DNA of 64,000 nt from Octopus vulgaris (Eukaryota), in assembly GCA_951406725.2 (NCBI GenBank), contig OX597824.1, positions 44,330,001-44,394,000 on the forward strand. The letters are read 5' to 3'. The translations under genes and the position numbers were made by a program. The notes under the pieces were generated by a model that ran no database searches, was not told the origin of the DNA, and was given only the letters and a program-made list of their open reading frames with translations. Positions 1 through 11,573 of this stretch are shown one piece after another (position 1 is the first letter of the stretch; each line of letters starts with the position of its first letter).

Positions 1-118
1 TTTGACTGTCTGTCTCACCATACTTTGTTATTTGTTTCAAGAAGTCTTTCACAACAAAACTAAATATGTATGCATGTATTACTTGCAAGTGCAATTGCGA
101 AGAAAATTAATTCTGTTT

Positions 119-195
119 ATATATGTGTAGGTGTGTATTGGCATGTGTGTGTGCATATGTGTGTGTGTGTGTGTGTGTGTATGTATATGTATGTA

Positions 196-226
<31 letters not shown>

Positions 227-287
227 GTGTATGTATGTATGTATGTATGTATGTATGTATATATATGTGTGTGTGTGTATGTATATG

Positions 288-319
<32 letters not shown>

Positions 320-345
320 TGTATGTATATATGTATGTATATATA
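119..345. repeat. compound (TG)n/(TATG)n microsatellite
   Basis: Directly visible tandem TG/TATG runs. Confidence 0.95.
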
Positions 346-439
346 GGTATGGGTACAGGGTATCTGAGTATTTTAGATGTTTTCCCAGTGTGTTCTGTAT
401 GTTGGTGGAACATTACTGAAATAAATGAAGAACTATATG

Positions 440-1200
440 AATTTCAGGGCTGTATTCACAAGTGAAGGGAAGCAGGAAGCTGAACTGGATGCTAGAATTG
501 CAGGTGCTGGAATTGACCCTCAAAAAAGGAGAAGAAATAAAAGGCAAAACTTGCTATCTTCAATTCAGTTTTCGTGCCTATCCTCACCTATGGTCATGAA
601 TGTTGTGTAAATACAATTGCAAATACAAGCAACCAAAATGAGTTTTCTCCAAAAGATCTCTGGAGTAGCATTGATTTCAAATTTTGGCACAAGGCAAGCA
701 AGTTCAGGAGAGGGCATAAGTTGGTTACATCGACCCCAGTGTTTAACTGGTACTTATTTTAGTGGCCTTGAAAGGATGAAAGGCAAAGTCAACTTTGATG
801 GAATTTGAACTTAGAACATTAAGATGGACGAAATGCCACTAAGCATTTTGCTTGTTGTTCTATTGATTCTGCTGGCTTGCCACCCTCATCTCTCTGGAGT
901 AACATTACTTGACAATGTGCATAGCTCAGAGATCAGGTAGTCTTTCCAATTTGAGCCTAAGGGGCCATAGCTCCAGTACTACAGATATGTGATTAGAATG
1001 TCACAGGAAAGAATTTCAAGATGGATTCTTCAAGTTGAGCCAACCAGCAGGAGACCTAAGGGTTGATCAAAGATGAAATGATTGGATAATATCCATAGTT
1101 TCAGTTGGTCATGCTTGGGAATCCAGCTGGAAAGTCTAATGCTGGTTGCTTTTGACAGGACCCTGAGGATTCTGCCCCGCAGACCCTCTCAGGAATAGTA
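440..1200 (+). mobile_element. degraded RTE-clade (Rex3/Expander-like) LINE 3' fragment, interrupted by a SINE
   Basis: Broken frames give VFTSEGKQEAELDARIA, FVPILTYGHECC and QATKMSFLQKISGV. Homology resumes after 890. Confidence 0.7.
673..890 (-). mobile_element. tRNA-like SINE family A with ~16-bp TSD
   Basis: Flanked by tctctggagtagcatt (657-672) and tctctggagtaacatt (891-906). Has a B-box-like gttcaaattcc, and many paralogues occur in the window. Confidence 0.85.
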
Positions 1201-1645
1201 GATCAAGAAGATGGAAGGATGGACATCACAATCATGAGCTCTGAGTTTGATCCTACAGCATGTTACTTTGAGCAAGTCACTCTCAGAGATTCAGATCAAG
1301 CCAAGCCTTATAAGTAAAATGGAAACTGTGTAGAGGCCTATTGGATGGATTGTACTTGTAATTCACAGGGCCAGCTTTGTCAAACTCTTTGTCATGCAGA
1401 TTCTAACTGAAGATTACATACATCTGTGGAATACTCAGCCACCTACACAATAATTTGATGAATTGCTGTCTCTGAAGAGTGTAGGGTTACATAATTGGGT
1501 TGTTACCTAACATTCCGTCAAACCTCTAGTGTGAAACGAAATAGCAAGATCAGTCGTAATGGATATATAATACTGTATGCTTCGATTAATATACCCACTC
1601 TATTGACATGCGCATGATTTTTCTGACTTATGGATTCTTAGATGG

Positions 1646-1686
<41 letters not shown>

Positions 1687-1708
1687 CACACAAATACATA
1701 CATAAATA

Positions 1709-2583
1709 CAGGGTGCAGTGAATAAACTGTTGTCTAAATTACATTAAAATGAAAATAACACTGACATCTCATTTTAACATATATTTACCAAAATTACATA
1801 AAAATATCTTGAAATACTAAAGAGTAAATTTATTCAATAAAATCACCATTAGGTTCAACCATGGCTTCCAGATGACTTTGGAATCTCCTGCAACTCTTCT
1901 GGACAGTCTCCTTGTTTAAGTTGGTGAATGCTGCCATAATCCTTGCCTTCAGTTCATCTTTACTGTTACAAGGAGTTCTGTCAGTCTTTCATTCAACTGC
2001 CCCATACACATAATAATCAAGGAGGTTGCAGTCTGGGGAGTTAGGTGGCCAGATATTAGGGGTGATGTGGTTGCAGAAATTGTGTGACAGCCATAACTGG
2101 GTTCTCCTGCTTGTGTGGCATGGTGTAGAGTCCTGTTGCTAGACATAGGGTCTTCCAGCATCCACCCTTTTCACCCAGGGCAGCACTACCTCCTCCAGAC
2201 ATTTGTTGTAGGCTTCTGTGTTGAGTCTGAGGTTGTGTGGGAAGATGAATGGAGGCATAATGTTGCCATCACTAGTGATCACTCCAAACACCATGATGTT
2301 GGTTGGATGTTTGATTTTTATCATTCTCGGTGCATATCCTCAGATTGACACCCAAACACTCTGAAATGTTTGTATTGGAGCTTCCAGCATGAATGTCAAG
2401 TAGTACAGCATGTTGTTTCCTAGTTTCTGGCAGAGTGAATTGCATCATGGTGCTGTTTTTCTCGCAGATGGTGCCCAACTAACCCTACTATACTGTGTAG
2501 TCAACAAAACCAAAAACAAGCAATGTGCATGCATGAAATTAAAAACAAACATAAAATGGCAACAATTTACCTATCGCACCCTA
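1709..2583 (-). mobile_element. Tc1/mariner-superfamily maT (DD37D) element, internally deleted
   Basis: TA-flanked imperfect TIRs (cagggtgc...aaactgttgtc / ggcaacaattt...gcaccct). The pseudo-ORF reads IMVFGVITSDG...YV*QQD-(37 aa incl. WPPNSPDCNLL)-DYYV. Confidence 0.85.
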
Positions 2584-2589
2584 TATATT

Positions 2590-2820
2590 CTTTTATTCTC
2601 TTATTTGTTTTGGTCATTTGATTGCGGTCATGCTTGAGCACCACCTTAAAGGGTGTTAGTCGATGAAATCGACCCCAGGACTTATTCTTTGTAAGCTTAG
2701 TACTTATTCTATCAGACTTTTTTGCCAAACTGCTAAGTTACAGGAGCATAAACACACCAGCATCACTTGTCAAGCGATGGTAGTGGGGACAAACACAGAC
2801 ACATACACACAAATATATGC

Positions 2821-2878
<58 letters not shown>

Positions 2879-3030
2879 GATGGTCTTCTTCCGGTTTCTG
2901 TCTACCAAATCCACTCACAAGGCTTTGGTCGGCCTGAGGCTATAGTAGAAGACACTTGCCCAAGGTGCCATACAGTGGAACAAGACCCTTAACCATGTGG
3001 TTGGGAAGACAAATATTTGACTGTGCAGCC
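2590..3030 (-). mobile_element. SINE family B (tRNA-like head, internal (TA)/(TG) microsatellite)
   Basis: Shares ggcaccttgggcaagtgtcttctactatag and the tail aatgactgaaacaagtaaaagat with other copies in the window. Confidence 0.8.
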
Positions 3031-3446
3031 TTGCTTATATCTTTACATAGCCGTCCAAACATGTTCCATATTCTTTTTGTAATTGTATATATATATAGAG
3101 GCAATATCATCAATCACCCTGATTATTTGATTGGTTTGTTTTTCTAATTTAAATTTTCTGGATGTCCAGAACAACTTCTTTTAAATTGCTTAAATTTCCC
3201 TTAGGGTATTTGCAGACAATAAATGAGTATATCTGATGAAAGCTAGCAGCTGGATATTACATTTACATCTCTATTGAAATAGCTACATTTCTATCAAGAG
3301 TAAAAATCAGCAGAGTGATTTTGGTGGTAGTAGCACCAGCAGCAATAGTAGTAGTAACAGTGGTAACAACAGTAGTACTTGTAGTAGTAGTCTAGCTTCA
3401 TGTTAACTCTGATCAAGCAAACCTGATTGAGAAGATCAAATACATT

Positions 3447-3782
3447 TGTAGACAGTTACCTCTTTTGAAACCAGTTGTCTCATCCTTGCATTACCAGCCC
3501 CTCTGGTTTGCTGGTACCACAGACAGTTCAAGGATCAAGCTTATCATTGTATACAGCTCTGCTCTTACACCCCAGCAGAAAACTAGCCTGAGAGACTTCC
3601 CAACCACATGGCTCCATTCATTTGATTCCTTGAATAACTCTACTGTTTCATACATGAGAATACAATATTCAAATAACTCAGTGAAAGAGAATAGCATTTT
3701 TCAAGTATATGTCATAGACAGAAAAAGGCTTTTTTGAAGTGATGTAACTTACTTAAAGGAATCACATGACTACTATCTTACA
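3447..3782 (+). mobile_element. putative solo LTR related to the LTR at 13324
   Basis: Starts tgtagacagttacctcttttgaaaccagttgt, matching tggagacagtaacctcctttgaaaccagttgt at 13324, and ends ...cttaCA. No TSD seen. Confidence 0.5.
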
Positions 3783-3949
3783 CACACACACACACACATA
3801 CTCATGTATGTATGTCTGTATTTATGTGTGTGTGTGTGTGCGTGTGTGTGTGTGTGTGTATAGATGTATATATATGTATATACCAAAGTAAGCACATAAA
3901 TGTGAAACAAGGTAGAAAAAATAGTCTTTGAATACCAGAGGCAGAGTAA

Positions 3950-4116
3950 TATGCTTTATTAAAAAGCAGCAAAAATATCACAAAAACTGTTACTCAGAGT
4001 TTCATATTCCCATTCATTGGACAGTTTTGTTCTAAACAGAACTGTCCGACGAACAGGTACAAGAAACTCTGAGAAACAGTTTTTGTGATAGTTTTGCTGC
4101 TTTTTAATAAAGTATA
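3950..4116. repeat. palindromic element with a decayed minimal hammerhead motif in each arm
   Basis: ~80-bp inverted arms. Plus arm: aactgt CCGACGA acaggtacaa GAAA ctctgag AA acagtt. Minus arm: aactgt CCAATGA atgggaatat GAAA ctctgag TA acagtt. Confidence 0.65.
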
Positions 4117-4147
4117 TATGTATATTCTTTCATCTATATATATATAT

Positions 4148-4572
4148 AGGCACAGGTGTGGGTGTGTGACGAGTCGATTGTTTCAAAATCATGTGGTCTT
4201 AGATTAGATTCAGTCCCACTGCAAGGCACCTTGGGCAAGTGTCTTTCACTATAACTTTGGGCTGATTGAAGCCTGGTGAATGGATTTGGTAGACAGAAGC
4301 TTGTCATGTACACACACACGCACACACACACACACATGCACATGTATGTCTGTATCTATGTATATATTTATCTATATGTGTGTGTGTGTCTTCATGTTCA
4401 TCCCCCAACACTACATGATAGCTGGTGTTAGTTTGTTTATTTCCCCATAATGGGTCAGCAAAAAAGAGACTCATAGAGTAAGTGCCAGGTTTAAAAATAA
4501 ATGGTGGGGTTGATTTGTTCAGCTAAACCCTTCCAAGTGAAGCCCAAGCATAGCCACAACTAAAAGATAAAG
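4148..4572 (+). mobile_element. SINE family B
   Basis: Contains ttcagtcccactgcaaggcaccttgggcaagtgtc, an internal CA/TA microsatellite and the aaaagataaag tail. Confidence 0.75.
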
Positions 4573-4695
4573 ACATAATATATATATGCATATTATGTGT
4601 GTGTATGTGTATCAGTATGTATGTGTGTGTGTATGTATATATAAATGTAAATATGTGTGCGTGTGTATTTATATATATATAATTTATATATATAT

Positions 4696-6117
4696 TACAG
4701 AGGCATCAAGCTGCTGGATCAGGTAATGAAGGTTACGGAGAGGGTTATAGCCCAACTAATTAGAGAGAGTGTTAGCTTAGATGATATGCAGTTTGGGTTC
4801 GTGCCAGGGAAAAGTACTACTGATGCTATATTCCTGGTAAGACAGCTGCAGGAGAAATACCTAGCCAAAGACAAGCCCTTGTACCTGGCTTTTGTTGACT
4901 TGGAGAAAGCCTTTGACAGGGTCCCCCGATCCCTTATCTGGTGGTCAATGAGGAAACTAGGGATAGATGAATGGTTAGTGAGAGCTGTGCAAGCCATGTA
5001 CAGAGACACTGCTAGTAAGGTGAGGGTTGGCAACGAGTACAGTGAAGAATTCCGGGTAGAGGTTGGGGTCCACCAAGGTTCAGTCCTCAGTCCCCTCCTA
5101 TTTATCATAGTCCTCCAGGCAATAACGGAGGAATTCAAGACAGGATGCCCCTGGGAGCTCCTCTATGCTGACGACCTTGCTCTAATTGCTGAGTCACTAT
5201 CAGAACTGGAGGAGAAGTTTCAGGTGTGGAAACAAGGATTAGAATCGAAGGGCCTTAGAATCAACCTAGCCAAAACCAAAGTCCTAATAAGTAGGAAGGT
5301 GGACCAATCACAAACGACTTCAGGTAGATGGCCCTGCTCGATCTGTAAAAAAGGTGTAGGTAGAAACTCTATAAGGTGCACCAAGTGTAAGCTATGGACA
5401 CATAAGAGGTGCAGCAATGTCAAAGGAAGGCTAACTAGGAAAATAGTTTTTGTCTCTGGCAGATGCTCAGGAGCAATAAACACTGGAAATGTGCAGAGAC
5501 CAACTTCTACCACGTTCCAGGGAGACAAACTAGAAGTAGTTGATAGCTTCCGCTACCTAGGAGACCAAGTCAGTAGCGGGGGTGGGTGTGCTGAAAGTGT
5601 AACTGCTAGAGTAAGAATAGCTTGGGCAAAGTTTAGAGAGCTCTTACCCCTGCTGGTGACAAAAGGCCTCTCGCTCAGAGTAAAAGGCAGACTGTATGAT
5701 GCATGTGTACGTACAGCCATGCTACATGGTAGTGAAACATGGGCCGTGACTGCTGAGGATATGCGTAAGCTTGCAAGAAATGAAGCCAGTATGCTCCGAT
5801 GGATGTGTAATGCCAGTGTTCATAATCGTCAGAGTGTAAGTACCTTGAGAGAAAAGTTGAACCTAAGAAGCGTCAATTGTGGTGTGCAAGAGAGACGGCT
5901 GCGCTGGTATGGTCATGTGACGAGAATGGCTGTAGATAGTTGTGTGCAAAAGTGCTACACCCTAGCAGTTGAGGGAACCTGTGGAAGAGGTAGACCCAGG
6001 AAAACCTGGGACGAGGTGGTGAAGCACGACCTTCAAACTTTAGGTCTCACCAAGGAAATGACTAGAGACCGAGACCTATGGAAGTATGCTGCGCGTGAGA
6101 AGACCCGGCAAGAGTAG
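4696..6117 (+). pseudogene. RTE reverse transcriptase C-terminal ORF (no stops, but 5'-truncated with no endonuclease or start)
   Basis: YRGIKLL, QFGFVPGKSTTDAIF, AFVDLEKAFDRV, GVHQGSVLSPLLF, LLYADD, FRYLG, RRLRWYGHV and RGRPRKTW. Confidence 0.92.
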
Positions 6118-8500
6118 TCAGGCCATAACCCGTGGCCCCTACCTGGGACGTAGTCAGTTCACCTGTGCATACCTCCCTTCTTGTGACACTTGTGAAGACC
6201 TGTTGAGGCAAGTGAAAATCAAATCAAAAAAAAAAAAAAAAATCAAAAAATCAAAACAAATCGAAATAGATGAATATCAATGGAATTTGTATCTTTGTGG
6301 TACCAGTGCCGGTGGCACACAAGAAAACCATCCGAACGTGGCCGTAGCCAGTACTGCATCGACTGGCCTCCGTGCTGTGGGCACGTAACAAACACCATCC
6401 GATCGTGGCCGTTCGCCAGCCTCATCCGGCACCTGTGTCGGTGGCACATAAAAACACCATCCGAAGACCCGGCAAGACTAGTCAGGCCATAACCCGTGGC
6501 CCCTACCTGGGACATAGTCAGTCCGCCTGTGCATACCTTCCTTCCAGGCCATAACCCGTGGCCCCTACCTGGGACGTAGTCAGTCCGCCTGTGCATACCT
6601 TCCTTCTTGTGACACTTGTGAAGACCTGTTGAGGCAAGTGATCAAATCAAAACAAATCAAAATAGATGAACATCAATGGAATTTGTATCTTTGTGGTACC
6701 AGGGCCGGTGGCACACAAGATAACCATCCGAACATGGCCGTAGCCAGTACCGCATCGACTGGCCTCTGTGCTGTGGGCTCATAACAAACACCATCCGATC
6801 GTGGCCGTTCGCCAGCCTCATCTGGCACTTGTGTCGGTGGCACATAAAAGCACCATCCGAAGACCCGGCAAGACTAGGCACCTGTGTCGGTGGCACATAA
6901 AAACACCATCCGAAGACCCGGCAAGACTAGTCAGGCCATAACCCGTGGCCCCTAACCTGGGACGTAGTCAGTCCACCTGTGCATACCTTGCATACTCCTT
7001 CTTGTGACACTTGTGAAGACCTTTTGAGGCAAGTGAAAGTGAAAATCAAAATAAAATAGATGAACATCAATGGAATTTGTATCTTTATGGTACCAGTGCC
7101 GGTGGCACACAAGAAAACAATCCGAACGTGGCCGTAGCCAGTACCGCATCGACTGGCCTCCGTGCTGTGGGCACGTAACAAACACCATCCGATCATGTCC
7201 GTTCGCCAGCCTCATCAGGCACCTGTGTCGGTGGCACATAAAAACACCATCTGAAGACCCGGCAAGACTAGTCAGGCCATAACCCGTGGCCCCTACCTGG
7301 GACATAGTCAGTCCGCCTGTGCATACCTTCCTTCCAGGCCATAACCCGTGGCCCCTACCTGGGACGTAGTCAGTCCGCCTGTGCATACCTTCCTTCTTGT
7401 GACACTTGTGAAGACCTGTTGAGGCAAGTGATCAAATCAAAACAAATCAAAATAGATGAACATCAATGGAATTTGTATCTTTGTGGTACCAGGGCCGGTG
7501 GCACACAAGATAACCATCCGAACATGGCCGTAGCCAGTACCGCATCGACTGGCCTCTGTGCTGTGGGCTCATAACAAACACCATCCGATCGTGGCCGTTC
7601 GCCAGCCTCATCTGGCACTTGTGTCGGTGGCACATAAAAGCACCATCCGAAGACCCGGCAAGACTAGTCAGGCCATAACCGTGGCCCTACCTGGGACGTA
7701 GTCAGTCCACCTGTGCATACCTTTCTTGTGACACTTGTGAAGACCTGTTGAGCAAGTGAAATAAAATCAAATAAAATAGATGACATCAATGGAATTTGTA
7801 TCTTTTTACCATGCGGTGGCACACAAGAAAACCATCCGAACTGGCCGTCCAGTACCGCATCGATGGCCCGGTGGGATAAAACCCATCGTACTTCGGCACC
7901 TTGTGGCACATAAAGACCCATCCGAAGACCTGGCAAGACTAGTCAGGCCATAACCCGTGGCCCCTAACTGGGACGTAGTCAGTTCACCTGTGCATACCTC
8001 CCTTCTTGTGAAACTTGTGAAGACCTGTTGAGGCAAGTGAAAATCAAATCAAAAAAAAAAAAAAAAATCAAAAAATCTAAACAAATCGAAATAGATGAAT
8101 ATCAATGGAATTTGTATCTTTGTGGTACCAGTGCCGGTGACACACAAGAAAACCATCCGAACGTGGCCGTAGCCAGTACTGCATCGACTGGCCTCCGTGC
8201 TGTTAGGCACCTGTGTCAGTGGCACATAAAAACACCATCCGTGAAGACCTTTTGAGGCAAGTGAAAGTGAAAATCAAAATAAAATAGATGAACATCAATG
8301 GAATTTGTATCTTTATGGTACCAGTGCCGGTGGGACACAAGAAAACAATCCGAACGTGGCCGTAGCCAGTACCGCATCGACTGGCCTCCGTGCTGTGGGC
8401 ACGTAACAAACACCATCCGATCATGTCCGTTCGCCAGCCTCATCAGGCACCTGTGTCGGTGGCACATAAAAACACCATCTGAAGACCCGGCAAGACTAGT
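6098..8500 (+). repeat. tandem array of ~7-8 copies of a ~280-400 bp RTE 3'UTR segment
   Basis: gaagacc(c/t)ggcaagactag recurs at about 6098, 6463, 6859, 6912, 7253, 7639, 7924 and 8481. Confidence 0.9.
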
Positions 8501-9055
8501 CAGGCCATAACCCGTGGCCTCTACTTGGGACGTAGTCAGTCCACCTGTGCATACCTTCCTTCTTGTGACACTTGTGAAGACCTGTTGAGACAAGTGATCA
8601 AATCAAATCAAATCAAATCAAAATAGATGAACATCAATGGAATTTGTATCTTTGTGGTACCAGTGCCGGTGGCACACAAGAAAACCATCCGAACGTGGCC
8701 GTAGCCAGTACCGCATCGACTGGCCTCCGTGCTGTGGGCACGTAAGAAACACCATCCGATCGTGGCCGTTCGTCAGCCTCGTCTGGCACCTGTGTTGGTG
8801 GCACATAAAAACACCATCCGAGCGTGGCCGTTCGCCAGCCTCGTCTGGCACCTGTGTCGGTGGCACATAAAATCACCCACTACACTCTCGGAGTGGTTGG
8901 CGTTAGGAAGGGCATCCAGCTGTAGAAACACTGCCAGATCTGACTGGCCTGGTGCAGCCTTCGGGCTCCCCAGACCCCAGTTGAACCGTCTAACCCATGC
9001 TAGCATGGAAAGCGGACGTTAAATGATGATGATGATGATGATGATGATATAATAT

Positions 9056-10861
9056 TTGGCAACGAGTACAGTGAAGAATTCCGGGTAGAGGTTGGGGTCC
9101 ACCAAGGTTCAGTCCTCAGTCCCCTCCTATTCATCATAGTCCTCCAGGCAATAACGGAGGAATTCAAGATAGGATGCCCCTGGGAGCTCCTCTATGCTGA
9201 TGACCTTGCTCTAAGTGCTGAGTCACAATCAGAACTGGAGGAGAAGTTTCAGGTGTGGAAGCAAGGATTAGAATCGAAGGGCCTTAGAATCAACCTAGCC
9301 AAAACCAAAGTCCTAATAAGTAGGACGGTAGACCAATCACAAATGCCTTCAGGTAGATGGCCCTGCTCGATCTGTAAAAAAGGTGTAGGTAGAAACTCTA
9401 TAAGGTGCACCAAGTGTAAGCTATGGACACATAAGAGGTGCAGCAATGTCAAAGGAAGGCTAACTAGGAATATAGTTTTTGTCTGTGGCAGATGCTCAGG
9501 AGCAATAAACACTGAAAATGTGCAGAGACCAACTTCTACCACGTTCCAGGGAGAAAAACTAGAAGTAGTTGATAGCTTCTGCTACCTAGGTGACCAAGTC
9601 AGTAGTGGGGGTGGGTGTGCTGAAAGTGTAACTGCTAGAGTAAGAATAGCCTGGGCAAAGTTTAGAGAGCTCTTACCCATGCTGGTGACAAAAGGCCTCT
9701 CGCTCAGAGTAAAAGGCAGACTGTATGATGCATGTGTACGTACAGCCATGCTACATGGTAGTGAAACATGGGCTGTGACTGCTGAGGATATGCGTTAGAT
9801 CGCAAGAAATGAAGCTAGTATGCTCTGATGGATGTGTAATGTCAGTGTTCATAATCGACTGAATGTAAGTACCTTGAGAGAAAAGTTGGACCTAAGAAGC
9901 ATCAGTTGTGGTGTGCAAGAGAGACGTTTGCGCTGGTATGGTCATGTGATGAGAATGGCTGAAGATAGTTGCGTGCAAAAGTGCCACACCCTAGCAGTTG
10001 AGGGAACCTGTGGAAGAGGTAGACCCAGGAAAACCTGGGACGAGGTGGTGAAGCACGAATTTTGAACTTTAGGTCTCACTAAGGAAATGACTAGAGACCG
10101 AGACCTATGGAAGTATGCTGTGCATGAGAAGACCCGGCAAGACTAGTGAGACCATAACCCGTGGCCTCTACCTGGTATGTAGCCAGTCGACTTATACATA
10201 CCTTTCCTTCTTGGGACACATAACTCTACTTGTGAAGACCCGTTGAGGCAAGTGAAAATCAAAATCAAACCAAATCAAATCAGGTATCAGAAAGCAGAAC
10301 CAAAATTGAAGTCGATCAACATCAATGGAAATTGCAGCTGTGATACCAGTGCTGGTGACAAGTAAGCGAACCATCCGATCGTGGCCGTTGCCAGCGCCGC
10401 CCCGACTGGCCTCCGTGCCGGTGGCACGTAAAAAGCACCATCCGTTCGTGGCCGTTGCCAGCCTCGCCTGGCCCCCGTGCCGGTGGCACATAAAACGCGA
10501 CATCCATTTGTGGCCGTTGCCAGCCTCGCCTGGTCCCCGTGCCGGTGGCATGTAAAAAGCACCATCCGATCGTGGCCATTGCCAGCCTCGCCTGGCCCCC
10601 CGTGCCGGTGGCACGTAAAAACCACCATCCGTCCATGGCCATTTGCCAGCTCTGTCTGGCACCTGTGCATGTGGCACGTAAAAAGCACCCACTACACTCA
10701 CGGAGTGGTTGGCGTTAGGAAGGGCATCCAGCCGTAGAAACACTGCCAGATCAGACTGGGCCTGATGCAGCCTTCTGGCTTCACAGACCCCAGTTGAACC
10801 GTCCAACCCATGCTAGTATGGAAAGCGGACACTAAATGATGATGATGATGATGATGATGAT
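9056..10861 (+). mobile_element. 5'-truncated RTE LINE, copy 2, with in-frame stops and (GAT)n tail
   Basis: Coding part near-identical to 5027-6117, with stops at ~9796, ~9826 and ~10063. Its 3'UTR has ~63-bp subrepeats. Confidence 0.92.
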
Positions 10862-10943
10862 AATTGTTAAAGAGGACAAAAAATATTAAGGCAAGGAAAA
10901 AACATCTCAAGTTGTATACAATATTATTATTGGTAAAAATTCA

Positions 10944-11009
10944 GTCTTACAGCTGTTTCTGGGATATCCCCAAGTATGGGATATTCCGGGATATCCCGTC
11001 ATCAGAGAC
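10944..11009 (-). ncRNA. type I hammerhead ribozyme motif, intact core
   Basis: Minus strand: gtct CTGATGA cgggatatcccggaatatcccatacttggggatatccca GAAA cagctg TA agac. Confidence 0.8.
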
Positions 11010-11517
11010 AAATCAGAAAAAATAGGGAATATAGGGAAAATGAGAATGGTATATATTAATCAGACGACGACATAGAGAAAGGGTAAAAAAGAATAAGGAG
11101 ATGGAAAGCAAGAAGAAAAAAAAAGCATAAAAGTTCATAGTTCAACTTTCTGATGCAATAGAAGCAAGAGCATAAGTCATTAGGTTCAATCTTTTTGTAG
11201 ACCTATGAATGTAAGTCCTTAAGTGAAATCTTGCATAGATCCATATGGGTTAAAATTCTGATGTAGTAGACATCCATTCTGTTATTGAACATTGATATGT
11301 TCGCATCTTTTTTCTCTGTATGTCTACTATATCAGGATTTTAACCCACACAGTATGCACCTAAGGACTTATTCTCTTACTTCTGTAGTATCGGAAAGTTG
11401 AACATTTATGCTTCTTTTTTCTTCTTTCTTTCCATCTCCTTATTCTTTTACCCCCTTCCTCTATGTTGTCCCCTCATTAATATATACCATTCTCATTTTC
11501 CCTATTTTTCCATACTT

Positions 11518-11573
11518 GTCTCTGATGATGGAATATCCCATACTCAGGGATATCCCAGAAACAGCTATGAGAC
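11518..11573 (+). ncRNA. hammerhead motif with mutated cleavage triplet
   Basis: gtct CTGATGA tggaatatccc...gggatatccca GAAA cagcta TG agac. Confidence 0.65.

Larger units (their letters stand above)
4695..9048 (+). mobile_element. 5'-truncated RTE-clade LINE, copy 1, with tandemly amplified 3'UTR and (GAT)n tail
   Basis: Open RT frame, then 3'UTR, ending gcatggaaagcggacgttaaa(tga)n. Confidence 0.92.

Noticed and set aside
70-465. Cys/Val/Tyr-rich or His/Thr-rich ORFs (also near 15.3, 16.4, 18.8, 26.0, 27.3, 43.1 and 46.9 kb)
   Set aside because: They are translations of microsatellites, not genes.
4657-4695. ORF start MRVYLYIYNLYIY of the 486-aa RT ORF
   Set aside because: It derives from flanking TA/TG repeat with a GTG start. 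The element is 5'-truncated.
6098-8900. CRISPR-like repeat/spacer array or repeat-protein gene
   Set aside because: Units are long and wholly repeated with no unique spacers and no cas genes, and they match the RTE 3'UTR. The ORFs over them are incidental.
10380-10660. HDV-like or twister ribozyme in the RTE subrepeats (ggccgttgccagcctcgcctggc)
   Set aside because: I could not assemble the P1/P2/P3/P1.1 nesting or the twister consensus.
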